Of a DNA stretch of 64,000 nucleotides, positions 19,748-31,169 are shown piece after piece. The notes below the pieces were generated by a model. The model saw only the letters and a list, made by a program, of their open reading frames with translations. It made no database searches and was not told the origin of the DNA. Both the position numbers and the translations under genes were made by a program. Each line of letters opens with the position of its first letter. Position 1 is the first letter of the stretch. Origin of the DNA: Escherichia coli (GTDB lineage Bacteria > Pseudomonadota > Gammaproteobacteria > Enterobacterales > Enterobacteriaceae); the NCBI RefSeq assembly GCF_003334355.1, contig NZ_QOWP01000004.1; one strand, 5' to 3'.

Positions 19748-20326
19748 GTGGAATACCGTAGCCTGACGCTTGATGATTTTTTATCTCGCTTTCAACTTTT
19801 GCGCCCGCAAATTAACCGGGAAACCCTAAATCATCGTCAGGCTGCCGTGTTAATCCCCATCGTCCGTCGACCGCAACCGGGGTTGTTGCTGACTCAGCGT
19901 TCAATTCATCTGCGTAAACACGCTGGACAAGTGGCATTCCCTGGAGGTGCAGTCGATGACACGGACGCATCAGTTATCGCCGCCGCGCTGCGCGAAGCTG
20001 AAGAAGAGGTCGCTATACCGCCTTCCGCCGTTGAAGTTATCGGCGTGCTGCCGCCCGTCGATAGCGTAACTGGCTATCAGGTAACCCCAGTGGTCGGCAT
20101 TATCCCGCCCGATCTGCCGTATCGCGCCAGTGAAGATGAAGTCTCGGCGATGTTTGAAATGCCGCTCGCCCAGGCATTACATCTGGGTCGTTATCACCCT
20201 TTAGATATCTACCGCCGTGGCGATTCACATCGGGTATGGCTGTCCTGGTACGAACAGTATTTTGTATGGGGAATGACCGCAGGCATAATTCGTGAGCTGG
20301 CGCTGCAAATTGGTGTGAAACCCTGA
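19748..20326 (+). CDS. nudL: CoA pyrophosphatase NudL (Nudix hydrolase)
   Basis: 192 aa; Nudix box ([25 protein letters not shown]); starts 4 nt after pabB. Confidence 0.92.
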   Translation: MEYRSLTLDDFLSRFQLLRPQINRETLNHRQAAVLIPIVRRPQPGLLLTQRSIHLRKHAGQVAFPGGAVDDTDASVIAAALREAEEEVAIPPSAVEVIGVLPPVDSVTGYQVTPVVGIIPPDLPYRASEDEVSAMFEMPLAQALHLGRYHPLDIYRRGDSHRVWLSWYEQYFVWGMTAGIIRELALQIGVKP

Positions 20327-20509
20327 CTATACTTATCTTTACATCTACAAAACACTACTTGAGACAATCATCGCAATATTAGTTAAATCGCGGTTTTTGA
20401 TTAGTTTAATTCATGTGAATAGTTAAGCCAGTCGCCGCGTTCCCTCTTACACTATGCGCTGTTATTAGTTCGTTACTGGAAGTCCAGTCACCTTGTCAGG
20501 AGTATTATC

Positions 20510-21874
20510 GTGATTAGTCTATTCGACATGTTTAAGGTGGGGATTGGTCCCTCATCTTCCCATACCGTAGGGCCTATGAAGGCGGGTAAACAGTTCGTCG
20601 ATGATCTGGTCGAAAAAGGCTTACTGGATAGCGTTACTCGCGTTGCCGTGGACGTTTATGGTTCACTGTCGCTGACGGGTAAAGGCCACCACACCGATAT
20701 CGCCATTATTATGGGTCTTGCAGGTAACGAACCTGCCACCGTGGATATCGACAGTATTCCCGGTTTTATTCGCGACGTAGAAGAGCGCGAACGTCTGCTG
20801 CTAGCACAGGGACGGCATGAAGTGGATTTCCCGCGCGACAACGGGATGCGTTTTCATAACGGCAACCTGCCGCTGCATGAAAACGGTATGCAAATCCACG
20901 CCTATAACGGCGATGAAGTCGTCTACAGCAAAACTTATTATTCCATCGGCGGTGGTTTTATCGTCGATGAAGAACACTTTGGTCAGGATGCTGCCAACGA
21001 AGTGAGCGTGCCGTATCCGTTCAAATCTGCCACCGAACTGCTCGCGTACTGTAATGAAACCGGCTATTCGCTGTCTGGTCTCGCTATGCAGAACGAACTG
21101 GCGCTGCACAGCAAGAAAGAGATCGACGAGTATTTCGCGCATGTCTGGCAAACCATGCAGGCATGTATCGATCGCGGGATGAACACCGAAGGTGTACTGC
21201 CAGGCCCGCTGCGCGTGCCACGTCGTGCGTCTGCCCTGCGCCGGATGTTAGTTTCCAGCGATAAACTGTCTAACGATCCGATGAATGTCATTGACTGGGT
21301 AAACATGTTTGCGCTGGCAGTTAACGAAGAAAACGCCGCCGGTGGTCGTGTGGTAACTGCGCCAACCAACGGTGCCTGCGGTATCGTTCCGGCAGTGCTG
21401 GCTTACTATGACCACTTTATTGAATCGGTCAGCCCGGACATCTATACCCGTTACTTTATGGTAGCGGGCGCGATTGGTGCATTGTATAAAATGAACGCCT
21501 CTATTTCCGGTGCGGAAGTTGGTTGCCAGGGCGAAGTGGGTGTTGCCTGTTCAATGGCTGCTGCGGGTCTTGCAGAACTGCTGGGCGGTAGCCCGGAACA
21601 GGTTTGCGTGGCGGCGGAAATTGGCATGGAACACAACCTTGGTTTAACCTGCGACCCGGTTGCAGGGCAGGTTCAGGTGCCGTGCATTGAGCGTAATGCC
21701 ATTGCCTCTGTGAAGGCGATTAACGCCGCACGGATGGCTCTGCGCCGCACCAGTGCACCGCGCGTCTCGCTGGATAAGGTCATCGAAACGATGTACGAAA
21801 CCGGTAAGGACATGAACGCCAAATACCGCGAAACCTCACGCGGTGGTCTGGCAATCAAAGTCCAGTGTGACTAA
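20510..21874 (+). CDS. sdaA: L-serine dehydratase 1
   Basis: 454 aa; recognised as the Fe-S L-serine deaminase SdaA. Confidence 0.95.
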   Translation: MISLFDMFKVGIGPSSSHTVGPMKAGKQFVDDLVEKGLLDSVTRVAVDVYGSLSLTGKGHHTDIAIIMGLAGNEPATVDIDSIPGFIRDVEERERLLLAQGRHEVDFPRDNGMRFHNGNLPLHENGMQIHAYNGDEVVYSKTYYSIGGGFIVDEEHFGQDAANEVSVPYPFKSATELLAYCNETGYSLSGLAMQNELALHSKKEIDEYFAHVWQTMQACIDRGMNTEGVLPGPLRVPRRASALRRMLVSSDKLSNDPMNVIDWVNMFALAVNEENAAGGRVVTAPTNGACGIVPAVLAYYDHFIESVSPDIYTRYFMVAGAIGALYKMNASISGAEVGCQGEVGVACSMAAAGLAELLGGSPEQVCVAAEIGMEHNLGLTCDPVAGQVQVPCIERNAIASVKAINAARMALRRTSAPRVSLDKVIETMYETGKDMNAKYRETSRGGLAIKVQCD

Positions 21875-22004
21875 TACTTCTTACTCGCCCATCTGCAACG
21901 GATGGGCGAATTTATACCCGCTTTCTCGTCTGCTGTAATATTCCCCACTACACTTCCACTGTTGCGTCAGGCGTTTGTCGCCATACGCTTACAGGGTGGC
22001 CCGC

Positions 22005-23603
22005 ATGCAAAAAGCACAACGGATCATTAAAACCTATCGCCGTAATCGAATGATTGTTTGTACGATTTGCGCACTCGTTACGCTCGCTTCGACCCTGAGC
22101 GTGCGATTTATTTCACAGCGTAACTTAAATCAACAACGGGTAGTACAATTCGCCAATCACGCTGTAGAGGAATTAGATAAAGTACTGCTTCCCCTACAGG
22201 CAGGTAGCGAAGTCTTGCTTCCGCTGATTGGTCTGCCCTGCTCTGTCGCCCATTTGCCATTACGTAAACAGGCGGCAAAACTCCAAACTGTGCGATCCAT
22301 TGGCCTGGTGCAAGACGGCACACTTTATTGCTCCAGCATTTTTGGTTATCGCAATGTGCCCGTCGTGGACATTCTGGCTGAACTTCCTGCACCGCAACCA
22401 CTTTTACGCCTGACGATCGACCGTGCCCTGATTAAAGGCAGTCCGGTTTTGATTCAATGGACGCCTGCAGCGGGCAGTAGCAATGCTGGGGTCATGGAGA
22501 TGATTAACATCGACTTACTGACGGCAATGCTCCTTGAGCCACAACTGCCGCAAATCAGTAGCGCCAGCCTGACGGTGGACAAACGGCATTTGCTCTATGG
22601 TAATGGGCTGGTAGATTCCCTTCCGCAACCTGAAGACAATGAAAACTATCAGGTTTCTTCGCAACGCTTTCCTTTTACCATTAACGTTAATGGTCCGGGG
22701 GCTACGGCGCTGGCATGGCACTATCTTCCAACACAATTACCGCTGGCGGTGCTGCTAAGTTTACTGGTGGGCTACATCGCCTGGCTGGCGACCGCTTACC
22801 GGATGAGCTTTTCCCGCGAAATCAATCTGGGCCTAGCGCAACATGAGTTCGAATTGTTCTGTCAGCCTTTGCTTAATGCGCGCAGCCAGCAATGTATTGG
22901 TGTAGAGATTTTGCTGCGCTGGAACAATCCGCGTCAGGGCTGGATTTCACCGGATGTGTTTATTCCTATCGCGGAAGAACATCATTTAATTGTGCCACTG
23001 ACCCGCTATGTGATGGCAGAAACCATTCGTCAGCGCCATGTTTTCCCGATGAGTAGTCAGTTTCATGTTGGCATTAACGTCGCACCCAGCCATTTTCGCC
23101 GTGGTGTGCTGATAAAAGATCTCAATCAGTACTGGTTTAGCGCTCACCCGATTCAGCAACTGATCCTCGAAATCACCGAACGCGATGCCTTACTGGATGT
23201 TGATTATCGGATTGCCCGCGAGCTACATCGTAAAAACGTCAAACTGGCGATTGATGACTTCGGCACCGGCAACAGTTCATTTTCCTGGCTTGAAACATTA
23301 CGTCCTGACGTGCTGAAAATTGATAAGTCATTTACCGCAGCTATAGGTTCTGACGCGGTTAACTCGACGGTGACCGATATCATCATCGCGCTGGGGCAAA
23401 GACTGAATATTGAACTGGTGGCGGAGGGCGTGGAAACGCAAGAACAGGCGAAGTATTTGCGCCGTCATGGCGTGCATATTTTGCAAGGGTATTTGTACGC
23501 ACAGCCGATGCCGCTACGTGATTTTCCCAAATGGCTGGCGGGCAGCCAACCGCCGCCCGCCCGGCATAATGGACATATCACGCCCATTATGCCGTTACGT
23601 TAA
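22005..23603 (+). CDS. pdeD: Cyclic-di-GMP phosphodiesterase PdeD (CSS-EAL membrane protein)
   Basis: ATG 22005 gives 532 aa; N-terminal TM/periplasmic domain then EAL-domain motifs. Confidence 0.9.
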   Translation: MQKAQRIIKTYRRNRMIVCTICALVTLASTLSVRFISQRNLNQQRVVQFANHAVEELDKVLLPLQAGSEVLLPLIGLPCSVAHLPLRKQAAKLQTVRSIGLVQDGTLYCSSIFGYRNVPVVDILAELPAPQPLLRLTIDRALIKGSPVLIQWTPAAGSSNAGVMEMINIDLLTAMLLEPQLPQISSASLTVDKRHLLYGNGLVDSLPQPEDNENYQVSSQRFPFTINVNGPGATALAWHYLPTQLPLAVLLSLLVGYIAWLATAYRMSFSREINLGLAQHEFELFCQPLLNARSQQCIGVEILLRWNNPRQGWISPDVFIPIAEEHHLIVPLTRYVMAETIRQRHVFPMSSQFHVGINVAPSHFRRGVLIKDLNQYWFSAHPIQQLILEITERDALLDVDYRIARELHRKNVKLAIDDFGTGNSSFSWLETLRPDVLKIDKSFTAAIGSDAVNSTVTDIIIALGQRLNIELVAEGVETQEQAKYLRRHGVHILQGYLYAQPMPLRDFPKWLAGSQPPPARHNGHITPIMPLR

Positions 23604-23606
23604 TGC

Positions 23607-25163
23607 TTACTCATCTTCATCGTGCGCCGGTTGCTCTTTAACAATGCGAACCAGATCAACACGATAATCATTGGCTTCAATGATGGTGATATGCAGTGGC
23701 CCTACATCAATCACATCGCCCACACGGGGAATGTGACCATTTGCCGAGATCACGAGGCCCGCGACCGTCGCGATATCATCGTCATCGGCAAGGTGCTCAA
23801 CATCAAGCGCCTGCTGCAAGGCATGCAAATCTGTACCGCCTTTTACCAGCCAGCCGTCACCATCAGTAATGATTTCCGGCGTTTCGTCAGCGTCCGGGAA
23901 TTCACCCGCAATGGCTTCCAGCACATCCAGCGGCGTGACCAGACCTTGTACCACACCAAACTCGTTGGTCACGATAACAAAGCTCCCGCGAGCACGACGC
24001 AGCACGCCCAACAGGTTGATCGGATCGAGGGTTTCCGGGACGATAATCGCCGGAGACGCCGAAGCAATCGCCGCCACATCAACGCCCTCTTCCAGCGCCA
24101 CCAGCAGTTCTTTAGCACGTACAATACCGATGATTTCATCCAGTTCACCGCGACATACCGGGAACAGACTGTGCGGTGAAGAGAGCAGTTGCTCGCGGAT
24201 TTCATCGACCCCGAGATTAGCGTCAACCCAGCTTATTTCACCGCGCGGCGTCATGATCCCGCGCAGAGAACGCGACGCCAGCGTCAGTACGCCGTTAATC
24301 ATGTAACGTTCTTCTTCGGCAAATGCACCTTCCGGGATCGGCATCGGCATCGGGTTATCGGCATCGTGCTGAACATTGGCCTGACGTTTCCCGCCCATCA
24401 AACGCAGGATGGCATCGGCAGTACGCGCTCGCAGCGGCAAAGTCGACTGGTGGCGAATAAAGTTGCGACGCGCAATCTGGTTAAACACTTCGATGATGAT
24501 CGAGAAGCCAATCGCGGCATACAGGTAACCTTTCGGAATGTGGAAACCGAAACCTTCTGCCACCAGACTCAGACCAATCATTAACAGGAAGCTCAGACAG
24601 AGCACCACCACCGTGGGGTGCTGGTTAACGAATCGCGTCAGCGGTTTGGATGCCAGCAACATAACCGCCATCGCAATCACTACCGCCGCCATCATCACCG
24701 GCAGATGGTTAACCATCCCTACTGCAGTAATTACCGCATCCAACGAGAAGACGGCGTCAAGGATGACAATCTGTGTGACGACCACCCAGAAACTGGCGTA
24801 GCCTTTACCGTGGCCGGAATCATGATCGCGGTTTTCCAGCCGTTCATGCAGTTCGGTTGTTGCTTTGAACAGCAAGAATATCCCCCCGAACAACATAATC
24901 AGGTCGCGTCCGGAGAAGGAGAAATCCATGACGGTAAATAGCGGTTTGGTCAGCGTGACCATCCATGAAATCAGCGACAGCAGCCCCAGACGCATAATCA
25001 GCGCCAGTGATAACCCCAGCAAACGCGCTTTATCGCGTTGTTTTGGCGGCAGTTTGTCAGCAAGAATGGCGATGAAGACCAGGTTATCGATACCCAGCAC
25101 AATTTCGAGAACAACAAGCGTGAGTAGCCCCGCCCAAATTGAGGGGTCCATTAAGAATTCCAT
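23607..25163 (-). CDS. yoaE: TerC-family membrane protein with CBS/CorC domains, YoaE
   Basis: 518 aa; polytopic N-terminus plus C-terminal CBS/CorC-like region; recognised as YoaE. Confidence 0.92.
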
Positions 25164-25625
25164 GACAAGCTCCTGCTTAAGGAATAGCTATTCGACGCCA
25201 GAAATAATGCAGGCGTAACGACAAAATGCAAACGAAAGGTGCGGCATAGAGTGCCAGAAAGGCAGGCGTTAAAAGGCCTGATGCTGAAATGACGTCGGTG
25301 ACGATCCATACTGCGGGCTACTGCCCTATACTCCATGGTTGTTAAACGGGAGTTAAACATATCAGAGACGCCTCTGATTTGGCAAAGATTTACCTTCCTT
25401 TGCAAACGAATGTGACAAGGATATTTTACCTTTCGAAATTTCTGCTAATCGAAAGTTAAATTACGGATCTTCATCACATAAAATAATTTTTTCGATATCT
25501 AAAATAAATCGCGAAACGCAGGGGTTTTTGGTTGTAGCCCTTATCTGAATCGATTCGATTGTGGACGACGATTCAAAAATACATCTGGCACGTTGAGGTG
25601 TTAACGATAATAAAGGAGGTAGCAA

Positions 25626-26597
25626 GTGACCATTGCTATTGTTATAGGCACACATGGTTGGGCTGCAGAGCAGTTGCTTAAAACGGCAGAAATGCTGTTA
25701 GGCGAGCAGGAAAACGTCGGCTGGATCGATTTCGTTCCAGGTGAAAATGCCGAAACGCTGATTGAAAAGTACAACGCTCAGTTGGCAAAACTCGACACCA
25801 CTAAAGGCGTGCTGTTTCTCGTTGATACATGGGGAGGCAGCCCGTTCAATGCTGCCAGCCGCATTGTCGTCGACAAAGAGCATTATGAAGTCATTGCAGG
25901 CGTTAACATTCCAATGCTCGTGGAAACGTTAATGGCTCGTGATGATGACCCAAGCTTTGATGAACTGGTTGCGCTGGCAGTAGAAACAGGCCGTGAAGGC
26001 GTGAAAGCACTGAAAGCCAAACCGGTTGAAAAAGCCGCGCCAGCACCCGCTGCCGCAGCACCAAAAGCGGCTCCAACTCCGGCAAAACCAATGGGGCCAA
26101 ACGACTACATGGTTATTGGCCTTGCGCGTATCGACGACCGTCTGATTCACGGTCAGGTCGCCACCCGCTGGACCAAAGAAACCAATGTCTCCCGTATTAT
26201 TGTTGTTAGTGATGAAGTGGCTGCGGATACCGTTCGTAAGACACTGCTCACCCAGGTTGCACCTCCGGGCGTAACAGCACACGTAGTTGATGTTGCCAAA
26301 ATGATTCGCGTCTACAACAACCCGAAATATGCTGGCGAACGCGTAATGCTGTTATTTACCAACCCAACAGATGTAGAGCGTCTCGTTGAAGGCGGCGTGA
26401 AAATCACCTCTGTTAACGTCGGTGGTATGGCATTCCGTCAGGGTAAAACCCAGGTGAATAACGCGGTTTCGGTTGATGAAAAAGATATCGAGGCGTTCAA
26501 GAAACTGAATGCGCGCGGTATTGAGCTGGAAGTCCGTAAGGTTTCCACCGATCCGAAACTGAAAATGATGGATCTGATCAGCAAAATCGATAAGTAA
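25626..26597 (+). CDS. manX: PTS mannose-specific EIIAB component
   Basis: GTG start 25626 after GGAGG SD; 323 aa with Ala/Pro-rich hinge (AAPAPAAAAPKAAPTPAKP). Confidence 0.95.
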   Translation: MTIAIVIGTHGWAAEQLLKTAEMLLGEQENVGWIDFVPGENAETLIEKYNAQLAKLDTTKGVLFLVDTWGGSPFNAASRIVVDKEHYEVIAGVNIPMLVETLMARDDDPSFDELVALAVETGREGVKALKAKPVEKAAPAPAAAAPKAAPTPAKPMGPNDYMVIGLARIDDRLIHGQVATRWTKETNVSRIIVVSDEVAADTVRKTLLTQVAPPGVTAHVVDVAKMIRVYNNPKYAGERVMLLFTNPTDVERLVEGGVKITSVNVGGMAFRQGKTQVNNAVSVDEKDIEAFKKLNARGIELEVRKVSTDPKLKMMDLISKIDK

Positions 26598-26659
26598 CGT
26601 ATTGTGTTGATTATCACTCAGTTTTCACACTTAAGTCTTACGTAAACAGGAGAAGTACA

Positions 26660-27460
26660 ATGGAGATTACCACTCTTCAAATTGTGCTGGTATTTATCGT
26701 AGCCTGTATCGCAGGTATGGGATCAATCCTCGATGAATTTCAGTTTCACCGTCCGCTAATCGCGTGTACCCTGGTGGGTATCGTTCTTGGGGATATGAAA
26801 ACCGGTATTATTATCGGTGGTACGCTGGAAATGATCGCGCTGGGCTGGATGAACATCGGTGCTGCAGTTGCGCCTGACGCCGCTCTGGCTTCTATCATTT
26901 CTACCATTCTGGTTATCGCAGGTCATCAGAGCATTGGTGCAGGTATCGCACTGGCAATCCCTCTGGCCGCTGCGGGCCAGGTACTGACCATCATCGTTCG
27001 TACTATTACCGTTGCTTTCCAGCACGCTGCGGATAAGGCTGCTGATAACGGCAACCTGACAGCGATTTCCTGGATCCACGTTTCTTCTCTGTTCCTGCAA
27101 GCAATGCGTGTGGCTATTCCGGCCGTCATCGTTGCGCTGTCTGTTGGTACCAGCGAAGTACAGAACATGCTGAATGCGATTCCGGAAGTGGTGACCAATG
27201 GTCTGAATATCGCCGGTGGCATGATCGTGGTGGTTGGTTATGCGATGGTTATCAACATGATGCGTGCTGGCTACCTGATGCCGTTCTTCTACCTCGGCTT
27301 CGTAACCGCAGCATTCACCAACTTTAACCTGGTTGCTCTGGGTGTGATTGGTACTGTTATGGCAGTGCTCTACATCCAACTTAGCCCGAAATACAACCGC
27401 GTAGCCGGTGCGCCTGCTCAGGCAGCTGGTAACAACGATCTCGATAACGAACTGGACTAA
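26660..27460 (+). CDS. manY: PTS mannose-specific EIIC component
   Basis: 266-aa polytopic membrane protein. Confidence 0.95.
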   Translation: MEITTLQIVLVFIVACIAGMGSILDEFQFHRPLIACTLVGIVLGDMKTGIIIGGTLEMIALGWMNIGAAVAPDAALASIISTILVIAGHQSIGAGIALAIPLAAAGQVLTIIVRTITVAFQHAADKAADNGNLTAISWIHVSSLFLQAMRVAIPAVIVALSVGTSEVQNMLNAIPEVVTNGLNIAGGMIVVVGYAMVINMMRAGYLMPFFYLGFVTAAFTNFNLVALGVIGTVMAVLYIQLSPKYNRVAGAPAQAAGNNDLDNELD

Positions 27461-27472
27461 CAGGTGAGCGAA

Positions 27473-28324
27473 ATGGTTGATACAACTCAAACTACCACCG
27501 AGAAAAAACTCACTCAAAGTGATATTCGTGGCGTCTTCCTGCGTTCTAACCTCTTCCAGGGTTCATGGAACTTCGAACGTATGCAGGCACTGGGTTTCTG
27601 CTTCTCTATGGTACCGGCAATTCGTCGCCTCTACCCTGAGAACAACGAAGCTCGTAAACAAGCTATTCGCCGTCACCTGGAGTTCTTTAACACCCAGCCG
27701 TTCGTGGCTGCGCCGATTCTCGGCGTAACCCTGGCGCTGGAAGAACAGCGTGCTAATGGCGCAGAGATCGACGACGGTGCTATCAACGGTATCAAAGTCG
27801 GTTTGATGGGGCCACTGGCTGGTGTAGGCGACCCGATCTTCTGGGGAACCGTACGTCCGGTATTTGCAGCACTGGGTGCCGGTATCGCGATGAGCGGCAG
27901 CCTGTTAGGTCCGCTGCTGTTCTTCATCCTGTTTAACCTGGTGCGTCTGGCAACCCGTTACTACGGCGTAGCGTATGGTTACTCCAAAGGTATCGATATC
28001 GTTAAAGATATGGGTGGTGGCTTCCTGCAAAAACTGACGGAAGGGGCGTCTATCCTCGGCCTGTTTGTCATGGGGGCATTGGTTAACAAGTGGACACATG
28101 TCAACATCCCGCTGGTTGTCTCTCGCATTACTGACCAGACGGGCAAAGAACACGTTACTACTGTCCAGACTATTCTGGACCAGTTAATGCCAGGCCTGGT
28201 ACCACTGCTGCTGACCTTTGCTTGTATGTGGCTACTGCGCAAAAAAGTTAACCCGCTGTGGATCATCGTTGGCTTCTTCGTCATCGGTATCGCTGGTTAC
28301 GCTTGCGGCCTGCTGGGACTGTAA
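27473..28324 (+). CDS. manZ: PTS mannose-specific EIID component
   Basis: ATG 27473 preceded by AGGTGA SD (283 aa); an in-frame GTG at 27464 would add 3 residues. Confidence 0.93.
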   Translation: MVDTTQTTTEKKLTQSDIRGVFLRSNLFQGSWNFERMQALGFCFSMVPAIRRLYPENNEARKQAIRRHLEFFNTQPFVAAPILGVTLALEEQRANGAEIDDGAINGIKVGLMGPLAGVGDPIFWGTVRPVFAALGAGIAMSGSLLGPLLFFILFNLVRLATRYYGVAYGYSKGIDIVKDMGGGFLQKLTEGASILGLFVMGALVNKWTHVNIPLVVSRITDQTGKEHVTTVQTILDQLMPGLVPLLLTFACMWLLRKKVNPLWIIVGFFVIGIAGYACGLLGL

Positions 28325-28339
28325 GACTGTTGTACACTA

Positions 28340-28366
28340 CCGGGGCCTTTTGGCCCCGTTTTTTTA
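28340..28366 (+). terminator. Rho-independent terminator after manZ
   Basis: cggggcc-tttt-ggccccg hairpin followed by a T7 run. Confidence 0.75.
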
Positions 28367-28378
28367 TCTGGAGGATTA

Positions 28379-28837
28379 ATGACAATCACGGACCTGGTAC
28401 TGATTCTTTTCATCGCCGCACTCCTGGCCTTCGCGATCTACGATCAGTTCATCATGCCCCGCCGTAATGGCCCCACCCTGCTGGCAATTCCTTTGCTCCG
28501 GCGTGGTCGCATCGATAGCGTTATCTTCGTCGGATTGATTGTCATTCTTATCTATAACAACGTCACGAATCATGGTGCGTTAATAACGACATGGTTATTA
28601 AGCGCACTGGCTCTGATGGGTTTTTATATATTCTGGATCCGCGTTCCGAAGATCATCTTTAAACAAAAAGGTTTTTTCTTCGCCAATGTCTGGATTGAAT
28701 ATAGCCGAATCAAAGCGATGAACTTGTCGGAAGATGGCGTGTTGGTGATGCAATTAGAACAGCGTCGGCTGTTAATCCGCGTTCGAAATATCGACGATCT
28801 GGAAAAAATTTATAAGCTTCTCGTTTCAACTCAATAA
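28379..28837 (+). CDS. yobD: UPF0266 membrane protein YobD
   Basis: 152-aa membrane protein; recognised as YobD. Confidence 0.9.
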
Positions 28838-28882
28838 GTTATGAATTTAGCCAAAGCTATGTTTAGTGTATTTTTAATAATC

Positions 28883-28903
28883 AGACATAGCTTAGGCTAT
28901 ATT
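28883..28903. promoter_or_regulatory. MntR-type palindromic operator upstream of mntP
   Basis: agACATAGCttaGGCTATatt is a near-perfect palindrome of the MntR type; a further GCTATGTTT half-site lies at 28857-28865. Confidence 0.5.
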
Positions 28904-29034
28904 ACCTCTTCCCTTATTTGTTATTTATTTTAACGTTTCATTGATATATAAATCTAAATGTAAATCGTTATCAATAAAGCAATGAAATAATATATTCCAA
29001 CAGTTGTTTTATATTCTCAAAATATGTTAAGGTT

Positions 29035-29235
29035 GCGCCCTCATTTGGGGAGTAGCCGATTTCCAGATTCCGGAAATGTACGTGTCAACATACTCGTTGC
29101 AAAACGTGGCACGTACGGACTGAATACTTTCAGTCAGGCGAGACCATATGCACATCAATCGCTATGCCTGCATGAACGCGAAAACCATCGCGGCTTGTTG
29201 TTCATGTATGCATGTTTGCTGGGGGCGATGATGTG
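29035..29235 (+). promoter_or_regulatory. yybP-ykoY manganese riboswitch in the mntP leader (boundaries approximate)
   Basis: Leader of about 225 nt before the mntP ATG containing the conserved tttGGGGAGUAGcc element and a downstream GGCGAGACC segment; the 81-codon ORF in the track here is most likely non-coding. Confidence 0.6.
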
Positions 29236-29265
29236 TTTTATGGATACCCCGGTCAGGACATTGTC

Positions 29266-29832
29266 ATGAATATCACTGCTACTGTTCTTCTTGCGTTTGG
29301 TATGTCGATGGATGCATTTGCTGCATCAATCGGTAAAGGTGCCACCCTCCATAAACCGAAATTTTCTGAAGCATTGCGAACCGGCCTTATTTTTGGTGCC
29401 GTCGAAACCCTGACGCCGCTGATCGGCTGGGGAATGGGCATGTTAGCCAGCCGGTTTGTCCTTGAATGGAACCACTGGATTGCGTTTGTGCTGCTGATAT
29501 TCCTCGGCGGGCGAATGATTATTGAGGGTTTTCGTGGCGCAGATGATGAAGATGAAGAGCCGCGCCGTCGACACGGTTTCTGGCTACTGGTAACCACCGC
29601 GATTGCCACCAGCCTGGATGCCATGGCTGTGGGTGTTGGTCTTGCTTTCCTGCAGGTCAACATTATCGCGACCGCATTGGCCATTGGTTGTGCAACCTTG
29701 ATTATGTCAACATTAGGGATGATGGTTGGTCGCTTTATCGGCTCAATTATTGGGAAAAAAGCGGAAATTCTCGGCGGGCTGGTACTGATCGGCATCGGCG
29801 TCCAGATCCTCTGGACGCACTTCCACGGTTAA
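29266..29832 (+). CDS. mntP: Manganese efflux pump MntP
   Basis: ATG 29266 gives 188 aa ([25 protein letters not shown]...); duplicated-halves membrane topology. Confidence 0.92.
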
Positions 29833-30638
29833 TAAGAACGCTGCCAGAGGTGAATATTAAAGTCCGTCTGGCAGTCGAACACTTCTTTTGCTGCCAGTGT
29901 TTGCCAGACTTCTGGCTTCGCACGCCAGGCAAACGGCGTCATCTGCAATAATGCGACGGCTTCATCACCGCGAAGACGCATCGGATAACACAACTCCGCA
30001 CTCTGCTGTAATGTAAAACCTTCCAGTTGTTCTGCATGAGGTGCATGAAGATGTACTTCATTGTAAATCAGCCCCTTCAGCTCCATCAAATGTCGCGGTC
30101 CCGGCGTGGCAGTAATGACCCAGCCGCCGGGCTTCACTACTCGTGCTAATTCTTCTGCTTTACACGGCGCGTAAATACGTATTATGGCGTCCATACTGGT
30201 ATCGGAAAACGGCAAACGGTGGCTGGAAGCGACACAAAAAGTGACCTGCGGATAGCGTTTCGCCGCCGCTTTTATCGCTACCTTCGAAACATCCAGACCA
30301 AACGTGGTGATTTCGGGCAACGCATCGGCAAATGCGTGTGTGTAATACCCTTCACCACAGCCAATATCCAGCACCGCCGTGGCCTTATCATCAAGCCGTT
30401 CCCTCAGTTGGGCGACAATTGCATCACGCAGCGGCTGATAATGTCCGGCATCTAAGAATGCGCGGCGTGCTTGCATCATTTCCGCGCTGTCGCCCGGATC
30501 ACGAGACCGTTTATGCTGAACGGGCAGCAGATTGACATACCCTTCTTTCGCCATATCAAACTGATGTCGCTGGGGACAGATATAGCTGTTTTTTTCACGC
30601 GAAAGAGGCTGATGGCAAAGTGGACAGGAAAAAGACAT
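29829..30638 (-). CDS. rlmA: 23S rRNA m1G745 methyltransferase RlmA
   Basis: 269 aa; N-terminal Zn-finger cysteines (CPLCHQPL...YICPQRH) plus SAM-MTase motif ([11 protein letters not shown]). Confidence 0.93.
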
Positions 30639-30730
30639 GACAACTCCGGCAGGATACTAAAGGCCGCAAGTGTAACGCGAATCACGCGGCGGGCAAATAT
30701 CCGAACGCCAGGAGCGAAGATAAAGCATAG

Positions 30731-30757
30731 TAAAAAGCCTCGCATTCGACGAGGCTT
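30731..30757 (-). terminator. Rho-independent terminator after cspC
   Basis: Minus strand: gcctcg-tcgaatg-cgaggc hairpin followed by a T-run. Confidence 0.6.
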
Positions 30758-30803
30758 TATAGCGAGATTGAAGCGTATTCACACTTCAGATCAGTGGATT
30801 CGA

Positions 30804-31013
30804 TCAGATAGCTGTTACGTTAACAGCTGCCGGACCTTTCTGGCCGTCCTGAATTTCGAACTCAACGTTCTGACCTTCAGCCAGAGTTTTGAAGCCATTA
30901 CCCTGGATAGCGGAGAAGTGTACGAACACGTCTTTGCTGCCATCAGCCGGAGTAATGAAGCCAAAACCTTTAGACTCGTTGAACCACTTAACCTGACCTT
31001 TAATCTTTGCCAT
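30804..31013 (-). CDS. cspC: Cold-shock-like protein CspC
   Basis: 69 aa with RNP motifs (KGFGFI, VFVHF). Confidence 0.95.
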
Positions 31014-31025
31014 TTGAAAAATTCC

Positions 31026-31169
31026 TTAGATTGTTTTCTTCGCCCGCAGGCATAACATAGATAAAACTGACACATTACTGCATGAGGCACCAATATAAGG
31101 CTCGGCAGAGAAGCGGTATTCAACGTCAACGTGTTTACTCAGGACTTCTTTACTGAAAATGCCACACAT
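31026..31169 (-). CDS. yobF: Small protein YobF (47 aa), upstream gene of the yobF-cspC operon
   Basis: Minus-strand translation [47 protein letters not shown]; stop 12 nt before the cspC start; below the ORF-track cutoff. Confidence 0.75.

Noticed and set aside
26756-27517. 253-codon minus-strand ORF antisense to manY
   Set aside because: Lies entirely inside and opposite the well-supported manY/manZ coding region; the translation is low-complexity and His/Asn/Thr-rich with no recognisable domain; typical antisense shadow ORF.
30471-31055. 194-codon plus-strand ORF spanning the rlmA start, the cspC terminator and cspC
   Set aside because: It crosses an intergenic terminator and two genes on the opposite strand; no recognisable product; cspC and rlmA are unambiguous.
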